Assembly: GCA_964016885.1 (NCBI GenBank)
Contig: OZ024747.1
Location: 45,136,001-45,200,000, forward strand
Direction: 5' to 3'
DNA: 64,000 nucleotides
Source of the DNA: Eledone cirrhosa
Taxonomy: Eukaryota
Numbering within the stretch: position 1 is the first letter of the stretch; the number at the start of each line of letters is the position of its first letter. Under the pieces are notes generated by a model. The model had not been told where the DNA came from, did no database searches, and was given only the letters and a program-made list of their open reading frames with translations. Position numbers and translations under genes: made by a program. This document shows positions 12,258 through 26,806 of the stretch, in pieces.

Positions 12258-12529
12258 GATTTCACTATTGGAACTGCCATGCATGAGGACATTTGATATG
12301 AGTCATATGTACTGAGAGGCCAATCCATGTCTGCAAAGACACAAGAAAACTGTTTGATCTGTGTCAAATAGTTACTTAACAAATACAGCATGCTTTCATT
12401 CTTCTATGATGAGAAAAACATTGATCAAGACCAAAAATCTAACAGGAGATATGACAGATAGTTATGTGCAGATCCTCCTGATGTCCCCAGATTAATACAC
12501 AGTAACTTTCCAGCAACTCTGATTTTAGG

Positions 12530-12925
12530 AATGGCAAATCACCTTATTCCACAGTGCCTTAGAATTAATGCTACTAGAAGACAGTTAAACCATGGATGGA
12601 TAAAATACACAGTAGAAGGACATACATGTTTCAACAAGGCTCAGCACCTTCTCACAAAGCTCACATATCTCATGAATGGATGTCAGACAATCTTTATGAT
12701 CATGTAACACCAAACATGTAGCCTCCAAACTTCTGAGATTTGAATTCCATGAATTATTGTTTGGAGTGTTGTTGACAGAGAGACAAATCAACATCTTATC
12801 AACATAGCTTCACTTAAAGCTTCCATTACCAGATGATGTCCAAAATGAATATCAACCATTTAGTGCAGGCATGCCAACAATTCTAGTCTCATATTAAATC
12901 AGTCATCAGAGCTAATGGTAGATAC
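12530..12925 (+). pseudogene. Tc1/mariner-superfamily transposase relic
   Basis: Translates FQQGSAPSHKAHISHEWMSDNLYDHVTPNM*PPNF*DLNSMNY, a degenerate QQDxAPxH...WPPxSPDLNPxDY motif. Confidence 0.7.
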
Positions 12926-13051
12926 ATTGAATAATCTTATAAGAAAGCTTATCGGGAAAATGAGCACTAGTTTCTATCAAAATACATTTTGTTTTTATGT
13001 TAGAGTTGATTTGTTAAATTACCAAATATGTAATCTAGTATCCCTTGTACC

Positions 13052-13090
<39 letters not shown>

Positions 13091-13999
13091 CGAGAGAGAG
13101 AGAGGGAGAGAGAGAGAGTTGCTGCAAATGTCTACATATCAATGTGGTTTAATAGAAAACAATGATGATGTTTACCTCTCCAGTAAATGACAATATGTCC
13201 TGCAGTGTACTGGTTCAACAAATGCCAGCAGTATATACTATACTTGAAAATAAAATATGGTTTAACATCAGGAAAAGCCTCCAGCCATAGAAAACTGTCA
13301 TGAAAAGTCTTATCCAATCTATGCAAGCATGGAACAAGCAGACATAAAATGATGAAGACAAGATGATGATAGTGATGATGACAATGATGATGACAATGGT
13401 GAGGATAGTGATGATGATGTAAAATTGTTATATTGTGCAAGTTGGTAAGTGCATTACTAACTTCCATTCAAGAATAAATATTCTGAATTCAAATCCAAGA
13501 AGACATTTGAAGATCAAGATTTCTAATTCAGGCACAAGCCCAGTAAATTTTTGGGGAGGGGCAAAGTTGATGAAATCACCCCAAGTACTTGACTTGTACT
13601 TTCTCAGAAGGATAAAAGGCAAATTTGGCCTTGGTGGGATTCAAATGCAGAACAAATATCACAATGATATATTAATGTTTCACCTTTAAGAATGAGGTGA
13701 AAGATTTCAAAAATTATAAACATAAAACAAAATAAAGTTCTAAAAATATTTCTTGGTAAGAAGAGCTGCTGAAATTAGGGAAATTTGGAAAATAAGGAAT
13801 GGACCTCACTCAGTTTTGAGGTTAAATTTTTGATCAATGAAATTAACGTATAAGTGGCTGTGCATTCTATAGATACATGCACCCTTAACATAGTTCTTAG
13901 GAAGATTCACCATGACACAACATATGACAAGGCTGTCACTTTGGATTGCAAGTACACTTCATTTTTGCCAGCTGAATAGGCTGAAACAATGTGAATAGG

Positions 14000-14345
14000 C
14001 TGGTTCAATTCTCAGACCAGGTGATGTGTTGTTTTCTTGAGCAAGACACTTTATTTCACAATGCTCCAGTTTACTCAGCTGTAGAAATGAGATGATAGGG
14101 ACTGGGGTCCCTATCATTCCACTGCAAAGAGGTCGTGGAGGTGCCATGGCAAAAAAGCACCCAGCCCACACTGTAAAGTGGTCGTGTATATGCCACAGAA
14201 AAAAAAAGCACACAGCACTCACTGTAAATGAGGTTGGTGTTAGGAAGGGCATCCAGCTGTAGAAATCAAGCCAGAATCAGTTCCTGTCCCACCCTTGCAA
14301 GCAGGGAAAAGCAGACGTAAAATGAAATGATGATGATGATGATGA
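14000..14345 (+). mobile_element. SINE S2, tail type 1 (RTE-like)
   Basis: B-box ggttcaattc, CORE-like ttgagcaagacactttatttcac, 3' cccacccttgcaagcagggaaaagcagacgtaaaatg(atg)n. Confidence 0.85.
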
Positions 14346-15670
14346 ATGTGAAATAAAATGCCTTGCTCAAAGACACAATGCACCTCTAAGAATTGAACTC
14401 ATGACTCCAACCACTTCACATGAATATTGATTTTTCATTTAGGCACAAGGCCAACAATTTCTGGGGAAGGAGAAGTCGATTACAGTGAAAGGCAAAGCTA
14501 ACTTTGACAGGACTTAAAATCAGCACGTAATGGGCCGTAAGTCTATGCTGTGAAGTATAGTGTTTGATGCTCTACTAATACTGCTAAGCCTCCATCCTTA
14601 TTTTAAACATTAAAATCATCTAAAATTAGCTAATTAGTTTCTGATTTAGGCACAAGGCCAACGATTTGGGGGCAGGGGAAAGTCAGTTACTTAACTGGTA
14701 CTTTATTTTATCAACCCTGGAAGGATAAAAGATAAAGATGGTATCAATAAAATTTGAACTCAGAACATAGAAAATTGTAACTAAATACCATAAAGCATTT
14801 TATTGGATGCTCCACCAATACTACTAATCCACTGACCTTGCCTTATCATAAATATTTTTAAAATGCTTTACCTCTAAATATGAGACTAATGGTTTCAACA
14901 ATTATAATCGTAAAAGAAGGTAAAATTATATAAAAATTTCTGAGTTTGAAAAGTTGCTGACAGTAGCATTTATAAGAAAGTTAAAAAACTAAAGAGAAAC
15001 CAAATTATAAAGAACTGATTAGACACATATAACAACAGGAGTTCCATCATTAAAAGACAAAGTAAGTTTAGTCTTATGTTTATTAGGAAAACTTCACAGT
15101 TAGATATGACATAAATTTCTGTGTTAAGTTTGAAATGTAAATAAAACCTAAAATTGGTTAAGCTGTTATTGAAGGCACCAAACAGTTATTTCTTTGGAGG
15201 CAATACATACTATGTCATATTTTCATTGAAAGTTTGAAAAATGATTAGTTTTTGAAAATTTATTGAAAATATAATTTTCAGTAGAAGTTCTTGTTGCTGT
15301 AAATGTAATAACTATGGTTAGCTCTGCTTGAGTTAATTTATAGAAATATACCAATATGTTTGTTGACAACAACACTGGACGCAACAACAACAACAACGAT
15401 AATAACTAAAATAACAACAACAGGAACAATAATGCTGATAGCAACAAAAACAACAACACTCAAATATTAGTAACTATAAACATTCTGCGTTTATTGTGAC
15501 ACATAGTTATATGGAGTTTAGACTTCAGATATAAGGACTTAAAGACTTATGTTGGCATTAGTGTAACACTGGGAAGTTTGAGAAATCAAAATATTATGTC
15601 ATACATTGACATTAATTCACATAATTAATCAAGAAAATATATTTATACATCCACACTTACCCATATAAGT

Positions 15671-15950
15671 GAAGGCGCATGGCTTAGTGGTTAGAGCTTG
15701 CAATTGAAAGGTTGTGAGTTCAATTCTTGGACTGGGTGATGTGTTGTTTCCTTGAGCAAGACACTTTATTTCACGTTGCTCCAGTTTACTCAGCTGAAAA
15801 TGAGTACCAGCAATAGCTGGAGGTTTAAACCTGTGATGGGCTGGCATCCTGTCCAGGGGGGAGTATTGTACTCTCAGTTGCTTCACACCATGAAACCGGG
15901 ATAAGCACCAGCCAAATGAGCCTTCTGGCTTAAGACAGACTTTAGACTTA
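15671..15950 (+). mobile_element. tRNA/CORE-like SINE (S2 head, different body)
   Basis: A-box tggcttagtgg, B-box gagttcaattc, then tttccttgagcaagacacttta. Confidence 0.8.
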
Positions 15951-15956
15951 CCCATA

Positions 15957-16248
15957 TTCATCATCATCATCCTCATCATTTTACATCCGCTTTTCCCTGC
16001 TTGCAAGGGTTGGACGGGTCCTATTCAGCACAGCATCTCTCCACTTGTCACGGTCCTTCGTTATCTCCTCGGTGAGTTTCAACGATCTGAGATTTGCTCT
16101 TACCACATCCGCCCATGTTTTACGTGGTCTACCTCTACTGCGTCTTCCTTCTACTGGGATTTCTTGGCACTTCTTTACCCAGCGGTCATCCTCCATGTGC
16201 ATCACATGTCCATACCCTCTCAGCCTTCTCTCCTGCACACCACAACTT
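15957..16248 (-). mobile_element. RTE LINE 3' end
   Basis: [41 protein letters not shown]; same family as 2560-3865. Confidence 0.9.
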
Positions 16249-16609
16249 ATACGTACACTATTAATACACAGAGTTTATACATTCACACACTATAAACACA
16301 GACAACACAAACACACTACATACACATACACCCATGCTCTACACATACAAACACTACATACACACTCACATACTTCACTCACACAACACACATGTTACAC
16401 ACACACCCACAACACATATACACATGCACTACACACACAAATGCTACACTCAGCCACACACTACACCCGTACAAGATCCACACAATCACTATATATACAT
16501 ACACTCAATGAGGGAGGCTGAAAAGTTCATACGCTGACTATGAAGGAGCAATGCTAGAGCTGTGAAATTTTGCATGTATGACTTTCGATTTCTTATCAAT
16601 AACTGAATG

Positions 16610-16955
16610 TGCAATGTCAGTGTGCGTGAACGACTAAGCATAGATGAGTTGAGGGATAAGTTGTGGTGTGCAGGAGTGAAGACTGAGATGGTATGGACAT
16701 GTGATGCGCATGGAGGATGACCGCTGGATAAAGACGTGCCAAGAAATCCCAGTAGAAGGGAAGACGCAGTAGAGGAAGAGCACGAAAAACATGGGCAGGA
16801 GTGGTGAGAGCAGACCTCAGATCGCTGAAACTCACGGTGGAGATGACAAAGGACCATGACAAGTGGAGAGATGCTGTGCTGAATAGGACCCATCCCACCC
16901 TTGCAAGCAGGGAAAAGCGGATGTAAAATGATGATGATGATGATGATGATGATGA
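16610..16955 (+). mobile_element. RTE LINE 3' end
   Basis: Same family, opposite orientation to 15957-16248; ends gcaagcagggaaaagcggatgtaaaa(tga)n. Confidence 0.9.
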
Positions 16956-18563
16956 ACTGCATTGTTTTTTTCTAGGGACTATTTTGAAAAATAAACCGCA
17001 TTTGGTCATTCCATGAGAGTATCTTGGTCAGCCTATGAACATTTAAGCTGACCCTCATACATACACACTCACTACACACACAAATGCTACACCCAAACAC
17101 TACACCCCGCTACACACACACTACACATATACACATAAGAAATGTTTGAAAAAAAAAATAAAAGCAACTTTAGAATAATCTGAAACCATAAAATAATATT
17201 TTCCTATTGTTGAGGCACCTATCACATCTTTTACTCTATTAATCATAATATTTATGAAACTGAAGTGAATTTCACAAAGTATGTGCATAGTAATGCTGGA
17301 CAGACTACTACACAATATCATTGCATGTATTTTCTCCATTTGTATATAAAATACAGGATGTAACAATCTTCTATCCTTTCTGAACCAATACATTTAATGT
17401 TTGCAGGCCTCTCTCTTCAGTTGCAACACCAGAAACATGAATAAAAGAATTGTATAGTTTTCAGATTGAGAAATACTAAGATATTAAGTTTGTGGTGAAA
17501 GAATCAGTAAAGGAGTTTGGTAACAACATTTATTGGAATTTACAGAATGTTATGTCAACAAGAGAGTAAAAACATTCAATTGGTTCCTCAAAAGCAGATA
17601 AAAAAATTTCATTCATACAAGTACAAAAAAAAAAAGGATGTCTAACAAAAAAAAAAAAAAAAAAAAACTCAGAAGATAGACAAACAAAATCCATTTCTCT
17701 TTCAGTTGATAGCTGTTTGTGTTAAGTGATTATGAATGCCCAAGTATTCTTTAGAATTTTCTTTCCTCTCTGCTTTAAAAAAGAATGTTATTTTGATTCT
17801 AACAAACAGCATTAAGGTTGTAGAGAGAAGTCTTTGAGCAAGTATGTTTGGAATTGAATCTACTTTACAAAGTGATGGCTCTCCATAGTTTTGTTTGTCA
17901 AACATCTCAGTACGACAGAAAGATATTGAAATGTCAGATCTGTAGCAAAGGAAATTCAGATATCAGGAAGTATTTTGAGGTGAGGAAGACCAACTGTAGT
18001 TTTTATGTTGGTAGATATCAACAAAAAGTTACAATGTCTATTTAGGCCATGAAAATGCCAATGCTTGTAAATTCTGGAGTAAGAAGCCAGGAGGGTGCTC
18101 AGCAGTAATCGGAAAAGATGTGGTATCTTGTTTGCAGATGAGATTTTCAAGAGAAAACCATGATCAATCTAAATGAATAGAGTATTTTATTCTGACCAGA
18201 TTTTCAATTACAGTTTGTCAGTAAGCATTTGGAAACTTTCAATAAACACGTATTGCACAGTTTAAATTTATAATCTACCAAAGAAAAGCTTGCATGTATT
18301 CTTTTCTTCCTTTTTTTCTCCCTCTGTAACTATATGTATATTTTGCAAATAACTCGGCAAATAATGTCAACATAAATCTATTCAATCTATGTTCTGCATT
18401 GATTTTACAAAAGCGTTATTCTCTGTCATAGTCCAACACTGATCTAAACCTAAGGAACTTAAATGACTGGATGAGAATTAAATATTAATATAAAAAAATA
18501 AAACACAAATGATATATATATAGATAGATAGATACACATATATATGTCTGCATAGATGTGTAA

Positions 18564-18619
<56 letters not shown>

Positions 18620-20588
18620 CAAAAGAGAGAGAGATAGTGAGAGAGGGAAAGCAAGAGAGAAAGAGAGTGTTAGTGAGAGAGAAAGAAAGATAATGAAAAG
18701 GAGAAAGAAAATGGGGAAAATTTTTTTGTGTGAAGTGACAAACAAAAAGTGTTGAGTAAACAGATGAACAGCAAGATAATTCAACAGGTTGATACATATA
18801 TCAAGAAAGAGAGATAACAGTAACAGAAAGTAGATGTGTACGCAGCTGGAGGTGATGTGAAGGCAGTATTGTCATTGATTTTTATCTGACTATATATAGC
18901 TATATAGCTGTAGCCTTTGCTGTCAGTTTCATTCACTTAGAAGAGTATAATTACTGGTATTTAATGTTTTACTCCAGTAGCTAGAAAAGGCTGCTATTAC
19001 AAGCTTTGTATACTTGTCTGCATGTATGAAACTGTGGGAGTGTGTAGTGATATGTGTGTCTTGGGCATTTTAAATATTGTGGAGCTCATCTTTCTCCAGG
19101 TCTAAACACAGCTGAATACTTCCATTAAAGCAGAGAGAGAGAGAGAGGAGGGGAGATATAGAGGAAGAATTGACTGCAGTGCTTGATTCTTACTTTTTCT
19201 ATCAACCTTGAAAGAATGAAAAGCAAAGTTGGCCTTGGTGGGATTCAAACTTGTAGTGCAGAGAGCTGGAATGAATACTGCAAATCATTTTACCCAACGT
19301 TTTAAAGACCCTGCCAGTTCACTACCCACTTTCAGATACTTGGTTTTTCAGAAAACAAATGATGATATTGTTTGTGATGGTGAATTGGTGGTGTTCCTGA
19401 GAATGCTAACATACCACCTAATCAGAAAAATATTTGGCCACAAAATCAGATATTGATCTTAAAAGTGGATGCAAGGAAACTTTGACATTACATGGCACCA
19501 CACAAGGACAGGACTTTCACAGAAAAACAACTCTTTCTTCATATGACATCTCCCAGAAGTACAAACAGAAAAATAAAAGAACATAAAACCACAAAAACAC
19601 AAACACTAAACCTGATGATATTGACATATAATTTAAATGGGAACAAACATAATATAATGAGCTAAAAATATTTTTCAATCAATAAAAATTACAACTGTAG
19701 TGAGAAGAAACATCGTTAGTATTAATTATAATTCGTATCAAGAAAACATAGGAAAACAACTCAAATACATAATCCAAACTGATAAAAAAAGATTAATGGG
19801 AATACACTTACCAGACCTTAGAATGACAGAATATAAAGACATTGACACCTGAAATAAAAATAAAAAGGAAATATAAACGATAGTAAAGATTTTCAGTAGT
19901 ATATTAGATTTTCCTAAACTTTATCTAAATCTCTCAACACACAGGAAACATATCTTGATACAAATAATTTCAATTTGGATCTTTCAAATATTGCATTAGT
20001 GTGTGAGATGATTTGTGGATATTAATGAGCTGTAACTAAATATTTTCTGGTTCCTCACTACAGAACATCTAACCCCTTCAATACCATTGCCATTCTTCCC
20101 ATACTCATCATTACTATTTTAAAAGTTTTCCTTTCATGCTAGTGTAGATATGACAAGGATTTCAACACAACATCTATCTATCTATTTATCATAATTTAAG
20201 TCATTTGTGAGGTTTAATGTTGATTGTATATCTGCCCACTCAAATTCTTCTCGTTTTACTTAATCTGAATACACCATGGGAATCCCACATCATCAACTCA
20301 CAATCATAAAGTACCAAACATATATGAGTCAACAACAGAGTCATTGATACTGTTGTTTGATCTGCTAAAAATACTAACTAAATTTTACTCGAACCATATC
20401 CTACCATATTTTTCTTGACATTACAAATTGTGCTATGGCCACAGCTGGAGTGCTTTTATTATATCTCTACCTGATCAGGAAAGACTTGCGGCTAACACCA
20501 ACAAAACACTCATGCTAAATAAATAAAATGTACAATAGTTGGAAAAAATGCCTAAGCCTGTAAATTGTCTTCTTTATTGGAAATGGCT

Positions 20589-20701
20589 TTAATATGAGTA
20601 TGTATGTATGGCACTTACATTTAATATGAGTATGTATGTATGGCACTTACATTTAATATGAGTATGTATGTATGGCACTTACATTTAAGTAAGTGCCATA
20701 C
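20589..20701. repeat. 32-bp tandem repeat x3 ending in a hairpin
   Basis: ttaatatgagtatgtatgtatggcacttacat at 20589, 20621 and 20653, then inverted gtaagtgccatac. Confidence 0.9.
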
Positions 20702-22189
20702 TAAGAGTGAGAAATGAAATTTCGTTTTCATTTTTTTTTTTTTTCAGCTTTAATATGAGATTTGGTACAATGTCTGGTGAATTTAAAATGATAGATTTTT
20801 TCTGTCACCTCCAACACCCCTTTTCTGTGAGTTCTTGTCATTAATTCTACTAAAGCAACTATAACTAGCTAACTATAGAGTGCTATTTTCCAATCTGGTA
20901 TGGAGTTTCTAAGAGTTATTTCTCTGCATGATACTATATCTAATACAACTTATACGGATTAGTCATCAGTTATATATGCCCATTTAACCTATTTCTCTCT
21001 CATAAAAATAAATTCTGTTTGCCAATTTCTTTTCAAATTGCTAAGTTACTCTTGAGAGATTTTCTTTCTTGTTGTTCTCACTGCCAAGAATTTCCTGCCC
21101 CAAACTCAACATTTTTAAAAATGTAAATGTGTCAAGGTCTTGATAAAACTACATTCATTCTGGAATTTGCAGCAATCTCTGGTATTTGGTCTCTCTAACT
21201 TATAAAACGTGTTTGCCATTAAGTGCTAGGCTAAGTACCTTTCTTCTGTGAGAAATAGCAGTTTATAGAGAATCATAACTTGATAGATGGATTTATAGAA
21301 TGACAGGAGGAAGTTTAATTGGAACACCCACTTCAAAATAGTGACTCTCTTTAGAATAGTGAACATACAGGTGATTGCTAGAGATAGGACATCATAACTT
21401 TAAGGGTTGATAAAAATATATATTAGTAACATTTAAAATAAGTAAAGCCATTATATCTACATTTTTAACACTATTATAAAAATTACATTAAGATGTATTA
21501 AAATGAATAAAAAAGTGAAATCAAGCCTTTGAACCAAGATCAAAGCTGTTTTGGATTAAACCTTGTTATTAACCACTAAATTTAAATGATATTGGTGAAC
21601 TAAATAGATTAAGAATGAAATCTGCTCAGGCTGAAATACTTCCTACACTAAATAACATACTTATTTTCAATTAGATACATCAAAGTGTAAAGTCTATCAA
21701 AATTGTAATACTTTCTACTAGGTTCCATGTTTCCTCTCATTCATTACTTAAACCCTCTTCCACCTTTATCTACTAAATCTTTATTTTTTAAACATTCTGA
21801 AACATTTATTCATTTTGATATACTATTTTTCAATTTTGTATTGAAGTTAATTTTTCAAGATATATTAGTTTCCCATTTTTCCATTTCTTTTCCTTTATTT
21901 GAACTTCAAAACTAAAAAACATAATTTATTTTTATGTATGTCATTCCCAAACATATTTGAAGAATTACATTGTACAACTATATATATATTAGCAGGGAAA
22001 ATGAATGTTAAATGATGATGAATGACTATATATATTATTATTATTATTATGGCAGTATCGGTAGATCATTGGACAACATGCTTTATATCATAGAGGTACA
22101 ACCCGTTATGTTCTGGATTCAAATCCTGCCAAGGTTAGCTTTGCCTTTCATCTGTATGAGGTTGATAAAATAAAGTACCACTCATGCAC

Positions 22190-23200
22190 TGGGATTTTCC
22201 AAGCGGTCATACCTTCATCATTGCTGTTTGCTCTGGCTTTGTTTCCATTAACCTTAATTCTCAGAAAGATAAAGTCTTATTCAGAGTTCAGTAATGAAGG
22301 AGGGAGAGGTTTAATTTCTATACAGAACTGTGTTAATATGGCAAAATGTAATCAGGAAGAATATATGGTGAAACGTTCAGAAAAACATAGCAGCAGTAAG
22401 GGCACCCAAGGAAGTGAAAGCTGAAAATGCAAAAGCATACAAAAGGAGGAAGAAAGGGAGAAAGCAAAAGAAATATTTGGAAAAAAAGACCTCCATGGAC
22501 AGTATTTCAGACAAAGCAAGGAATTTGTAGCTTTTAATGGGAAATCTTGCTGTGGCTGAAATATGTTGACGCGAAAGAAACTGAAACTCTAATCATAGCT
22601 GCCCCACTACAAGCCTTACGGATTAATCTTATTAAAGCAAAAGAGATAAAAGTTGTGAGAATATCAAATCAATGATGGTGACATTTATACTCTCTCTATC
22701 TGTTAAGTAGCTGCAACCACATACAATGTGGGCTATTGCTCATTCTTCTCTCTGCACTAATGTGTACTAATGTGAGAAGGATGAGCCAATAGCCCACATT
22801 GTGTGTGGTTGTAGTTACTTGACAGAGAGACAGGGAGTATAAGTGTCACCATGATTGCACTGGGATATATTGTGTCAGTGACAGGTGTCAACTACTTCGG
22901 GATTTCACAATTTAGACAGACCATGAAATATAGGATAGAAGACTTGATATAGGTATTATAGACAGTGTCAAAAGTATGTATAAATGTTGATATAGCCATT
23001 CTTATTAACATGAACATGACTAACAGAAAAGGAAAAGACTGAATGTATTAGGATTTTGCTAGGAAGATGATGAGATTGTATAATGTCTCCACAAAAGTAA
23101 CTCCCTTTGTTATTGGAGGGTTAGGGACTATAACCAACAGAATAGAAAGATTCCGGAAGGATACAGGTGTAACAACTCTAGAAAAAGTACTAACCCTCGG
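22190..23200 (+). pseudogene. R4/Dong-like non-LTR retrotransposon relic (RT + RLE)
   Basis: GIFQ..LLFALALFPL, GGRGLISIQNCV, LHGQYFRQ, ETETLIIAA, EPIAHIVCGC..EYKCHHD, VDIAI, FVIGGLG; many stops and frameshifts. Confidence 0.75.
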
Positions 23201-24795
23201 GGATAGGTTAGGAGCCTGCATCACATTTACATACATTCCTGCACTACTGAGTGCTCAGATAGGTGGCACCCCATAAATCACATGATCTACAAAGTGCACT
23301 TTATCATGATACCAACACCAAGTATGTTATGTATTATGCTTTTTTGTTATGCAAGAAATGTCATCTAAAATAAAAGGAGTGTTATACCAGCTAACTTTGA
23401 GTTTTCTATTTCTATTTCTTGGCGGGTTAGTAGTATTTTATATGCATTGGGATGTCTTTAAAGACACCCCCTTATAGTACTAACAGACTGTAGAAATACA
23501 TTTCTTCAAATGAGAAGCTAGAAATCAATCTTCTAATGTTTCTAACAATTTTTTTTTTTATGTCAGCAGATGGTGGTGGGGATTAGAAAGCTTATTTATG
23601 TATAAGATGTTTTTCATTAAGATTTTTTATTGTAGCTATTTGTCTGCATTTAGATTTAAACTTATATCTAGGAAATTAACAATCTGAATATTAGTATTAA
23701 CGGATATTTTTACATTAAATTCTTTGAAGATTCCTATTAGGTATTTTCTAAATCTGTCTCAGGTTGTTCCATTATGTGTGTGCTTGAATATGTAAATTTT
23801 ATGTGTTCTTGTATGTATGTTAGTATATGTTTGTATAAACATGTATTAACATTTATACCAAAACACTCACATATATATATATAAATACATATATTTGTAT
23901 ATGTATGTATGTATATAGATATACACACATGCACACACACGTGCATATATGTGTGTGTGTGTGTGCGTAAATATATATACACACATACACACACACACAT
24001 ATATATATAAATACACATATTTGTATATGTATGTATATAGATATACGCACATGCACACACACATGCATATATGTGTGTGTGTGTGTGTGTGCGTAAATAT
24101 ATATACACACATGCACACTCATACATATATGTGTGTGAATATATATATGTTGGTCTGTGTAGGTACATAAGCATGTCGGTGCATATAGGAGTATATAGGT
24201 GTATATAGGAGTATATAGGTGTATATAGGAGTATATAGGAGTATATAGGTGTATATAGGTGTATATAGGAGTATATAGGTGTATATATGTGTGTGTATGT
24301 GTTGAGGATCAACGGACTGACAGGTGTTATTTATACAACCTTATTTATATATGTGTAGGTATATGTTTCTCTCTCTGCATGTGTTATATATTCATTTGAG
24401 TGGTTGTGTCTGGTAAAACACAACTAATATGCTCTGTTGGTGTGTGTGTGTATCTGTTTTCATGTCTTCATGCCTGTGTGTGTGCATGTGTGTATGTGTG
24501 TGTGTGTGTTTATGTACATATATATTTTTGCTTGTACATATGTTTTTTGTTTTATTGTACTTATGACTCTTCTGTTGTGTCAAAGACATGACAACCTCCC
24601 AAATATTGAGTGCATGTTAAAATGCACCTTGTGCACTTGGTAGAGTGCAGAAAGATATGCAAGTGACATGTAGACCCATGTAGGTTGGTTGCTCTGATTA
24701 AATTTTGATTTTATGGCTAATTTTCGTGTGATGTGCTATACTATTCTGTCTAAGCATATACTTGTATTTTCTTGCACAATAACCCCCCCCCTCCC

Positions 24796-24845
<50 letters not shown>

Positions 24846-25029
24846 AGGGGTGCATGGAATCTACACATACAACCTTATTGAACAGTCTTATGAAATGGCA
24901 ATGTCGAAAATAATACCTCTTGGCAATACTCCTACGATTTCTCAAAGACCTACTGTAGTGTAAATATTTGGTTGGCTGTGCTGCATCAGGGGTGACAACC
25001 ACACTGTTCATCAGCTAGCTTGGACTCAA

Positions 25030-25665
25030 CAATCTCCTTACATCTCTTTGTTAGACATTTAGCACAGACTTTATTGGGGGAGGCTTAACAAGGAGATCCC
25101 TCTGTAATTAGAAAAATCTCTCTTGCGTCCCTTTTTGAAAATTGGCATTATGACTCCCAATTGCCATTGCTTAGGTGCCTTTCTAGAGATCCACGCCAAC
25201 CAGCACACATGAGTCAGCTAGAGACTACCTACTCTATTTAAAGCTTTTAACATCTCGGTCCAGATTTCATATTCTTCAGTAGCCTTGCCACATTTGAGTG
25301 CTCTAACTGTTTTTATGACCTCAGCATCCAATGGATTAGACACCGCACCTAGATGCACCTTGTGTACATCAGAAGATGCTGTTTTGATTGAGTTTAGGGG
25401 ATCAGCAAAGTATTCCCTCCATTTCACGAGAATGTACCTGCCTTAAGAGAGGAGAATCCCAGATGCATTCCTTATAGCAGGGGACATCTTATTACAAAGT
25501 CAGTGGATGGTCTGCCAGAACACTTTATTGCTGATCTCAAGTTGGATTTAAGCTTAACCCCAAAGTCCTCCCGTGTCTTTGGATGCCTTTGCAGTCTCTG
25601 CTTTAAAGACTCAAAACCTTTTATTACAATATAATAAAGGTTTCTCCATAATTTGTGATCATACA
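25030..25665 (-). pseudogene. RTE/BovB-like LINE fragment
   Basis: KWREYFADPLN...VRALKCGKA.EYEIWTEMLKALN...WQLGVIMPIFKKG. Confidence 0.75.
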
Positions 25666-25676
25666 TTATTTGTCTG

Positions 25677-25859
25677 GCGGTGGATTGGCAGTATCGGTAG
25701 AGGGTCGGACGCCATGCTTTCCAGCATAGTTACGTCCCTTTACGATCTGAGTTCAAATCCCGCCGAGGTTGACTTTGCCTTTCATCCTTACGGAGTAGAT
25801 AAAATAAAGTACCAGTAATGCACTGGGTGATTGCTGGCCTTGTGCCTAAAGTAGAAACA
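25677..25859 (+). mobile_element. tRNA-derived SINE family S1 with TSD
   Basis: tggcagtatcggtag (A-box-like), gagttcaaatccc (B-box), ctttgcctttcatcc..gataaaataaagtaccag; TSD attatttgtctg. Confidence 0.9.
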
Positions 25860-26396
25860 ATTATTTGTCTGAATGATGTAAAAGCTATCTTTGAATTTGA
25901 TGAATTCAGTTTCAGTTTATTTTTGCCTTTTAAGAGTAGACTCTTAACATTTCATACACCATCATAAAGTTGGATGCATAGAACTTTATATATATAAGTT
26001 TTCAATGAAAAAGGAAAAAAAATTTCAACACTTGAGGAGATTTTTAACATCCCATTATTAAGAGTGAAGGATATGGCAAAGATGACTATGAATGAATGGA
26101 TGAATGAGAGTGAAGGATGGAAATGAATACAGGTGTGCTGATTGTCTATTGTAAATAACGAGTTACTGAAAGACAAGGTGAAAGAATCTCTGTGTGTATG
26201 TAATGGTATGATTAGTGGTTTTATGGCTCACTGATCTTTAATATGAAACAATCTGAATTAGAAATGGAAGCAGATGGAATTTATTACAGAAGACACTTCA
26301 TTCATATATAACTTTTATATATCAATGTAGATTCTAAAAAACACCTATACCACTCTTAACCTATGCAGAATTGTACACACACACACACACACACAC

Positions 26397-26436
<40 letters not shown>

Positions 26437-26775
26437 AACAGATATATACATATATACGCACACATATATATCTAATATCAAAGTGGTGATAGAGAGAGGG
26501 GAAGGGAGAGGAAAGAGCAGTAGTGTTAATGGGATAGATGTGGTGACGATGATAATAAACAAACAATGAGAAATGATGGAGGGATTAGGTCAGATATCCT
26601 TTCTTACTGCCTTGTGATTCTGCTAGTATGGTGGAGTGGGTATCATAGTGGAATCATGGAGGAACAGGATCAAATAATCTTAATATTAGTGACTGTGTTG
26701 CTGTGTTTGTTCTGATAGATGGGTCTTCTTCAGTACTGTGAGACACTAGTCTTCACAATCCTCAGGTATCTCATC

Positions 26776-26789
<14 letters not shown>

Positions 26790-26806
<17 letters not shown>

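Noticed and set aside
15671-15745. tRNA gene (also SINE heads at 27638 and 30097)
   Set aside because: A/B boxes continue into SINE bodies, and no complete cloverleaf forms.
17700-19960. Possible coding relics (YLGIH; LTYNLNG)
   Set aside because: Too degenerate to assign; probably ancient LINE debris.
20589-20686. CRISPR-like 32-bp repeats
   Set aside because: Units are contiguous with no spacers, and the context is eukaryotic.
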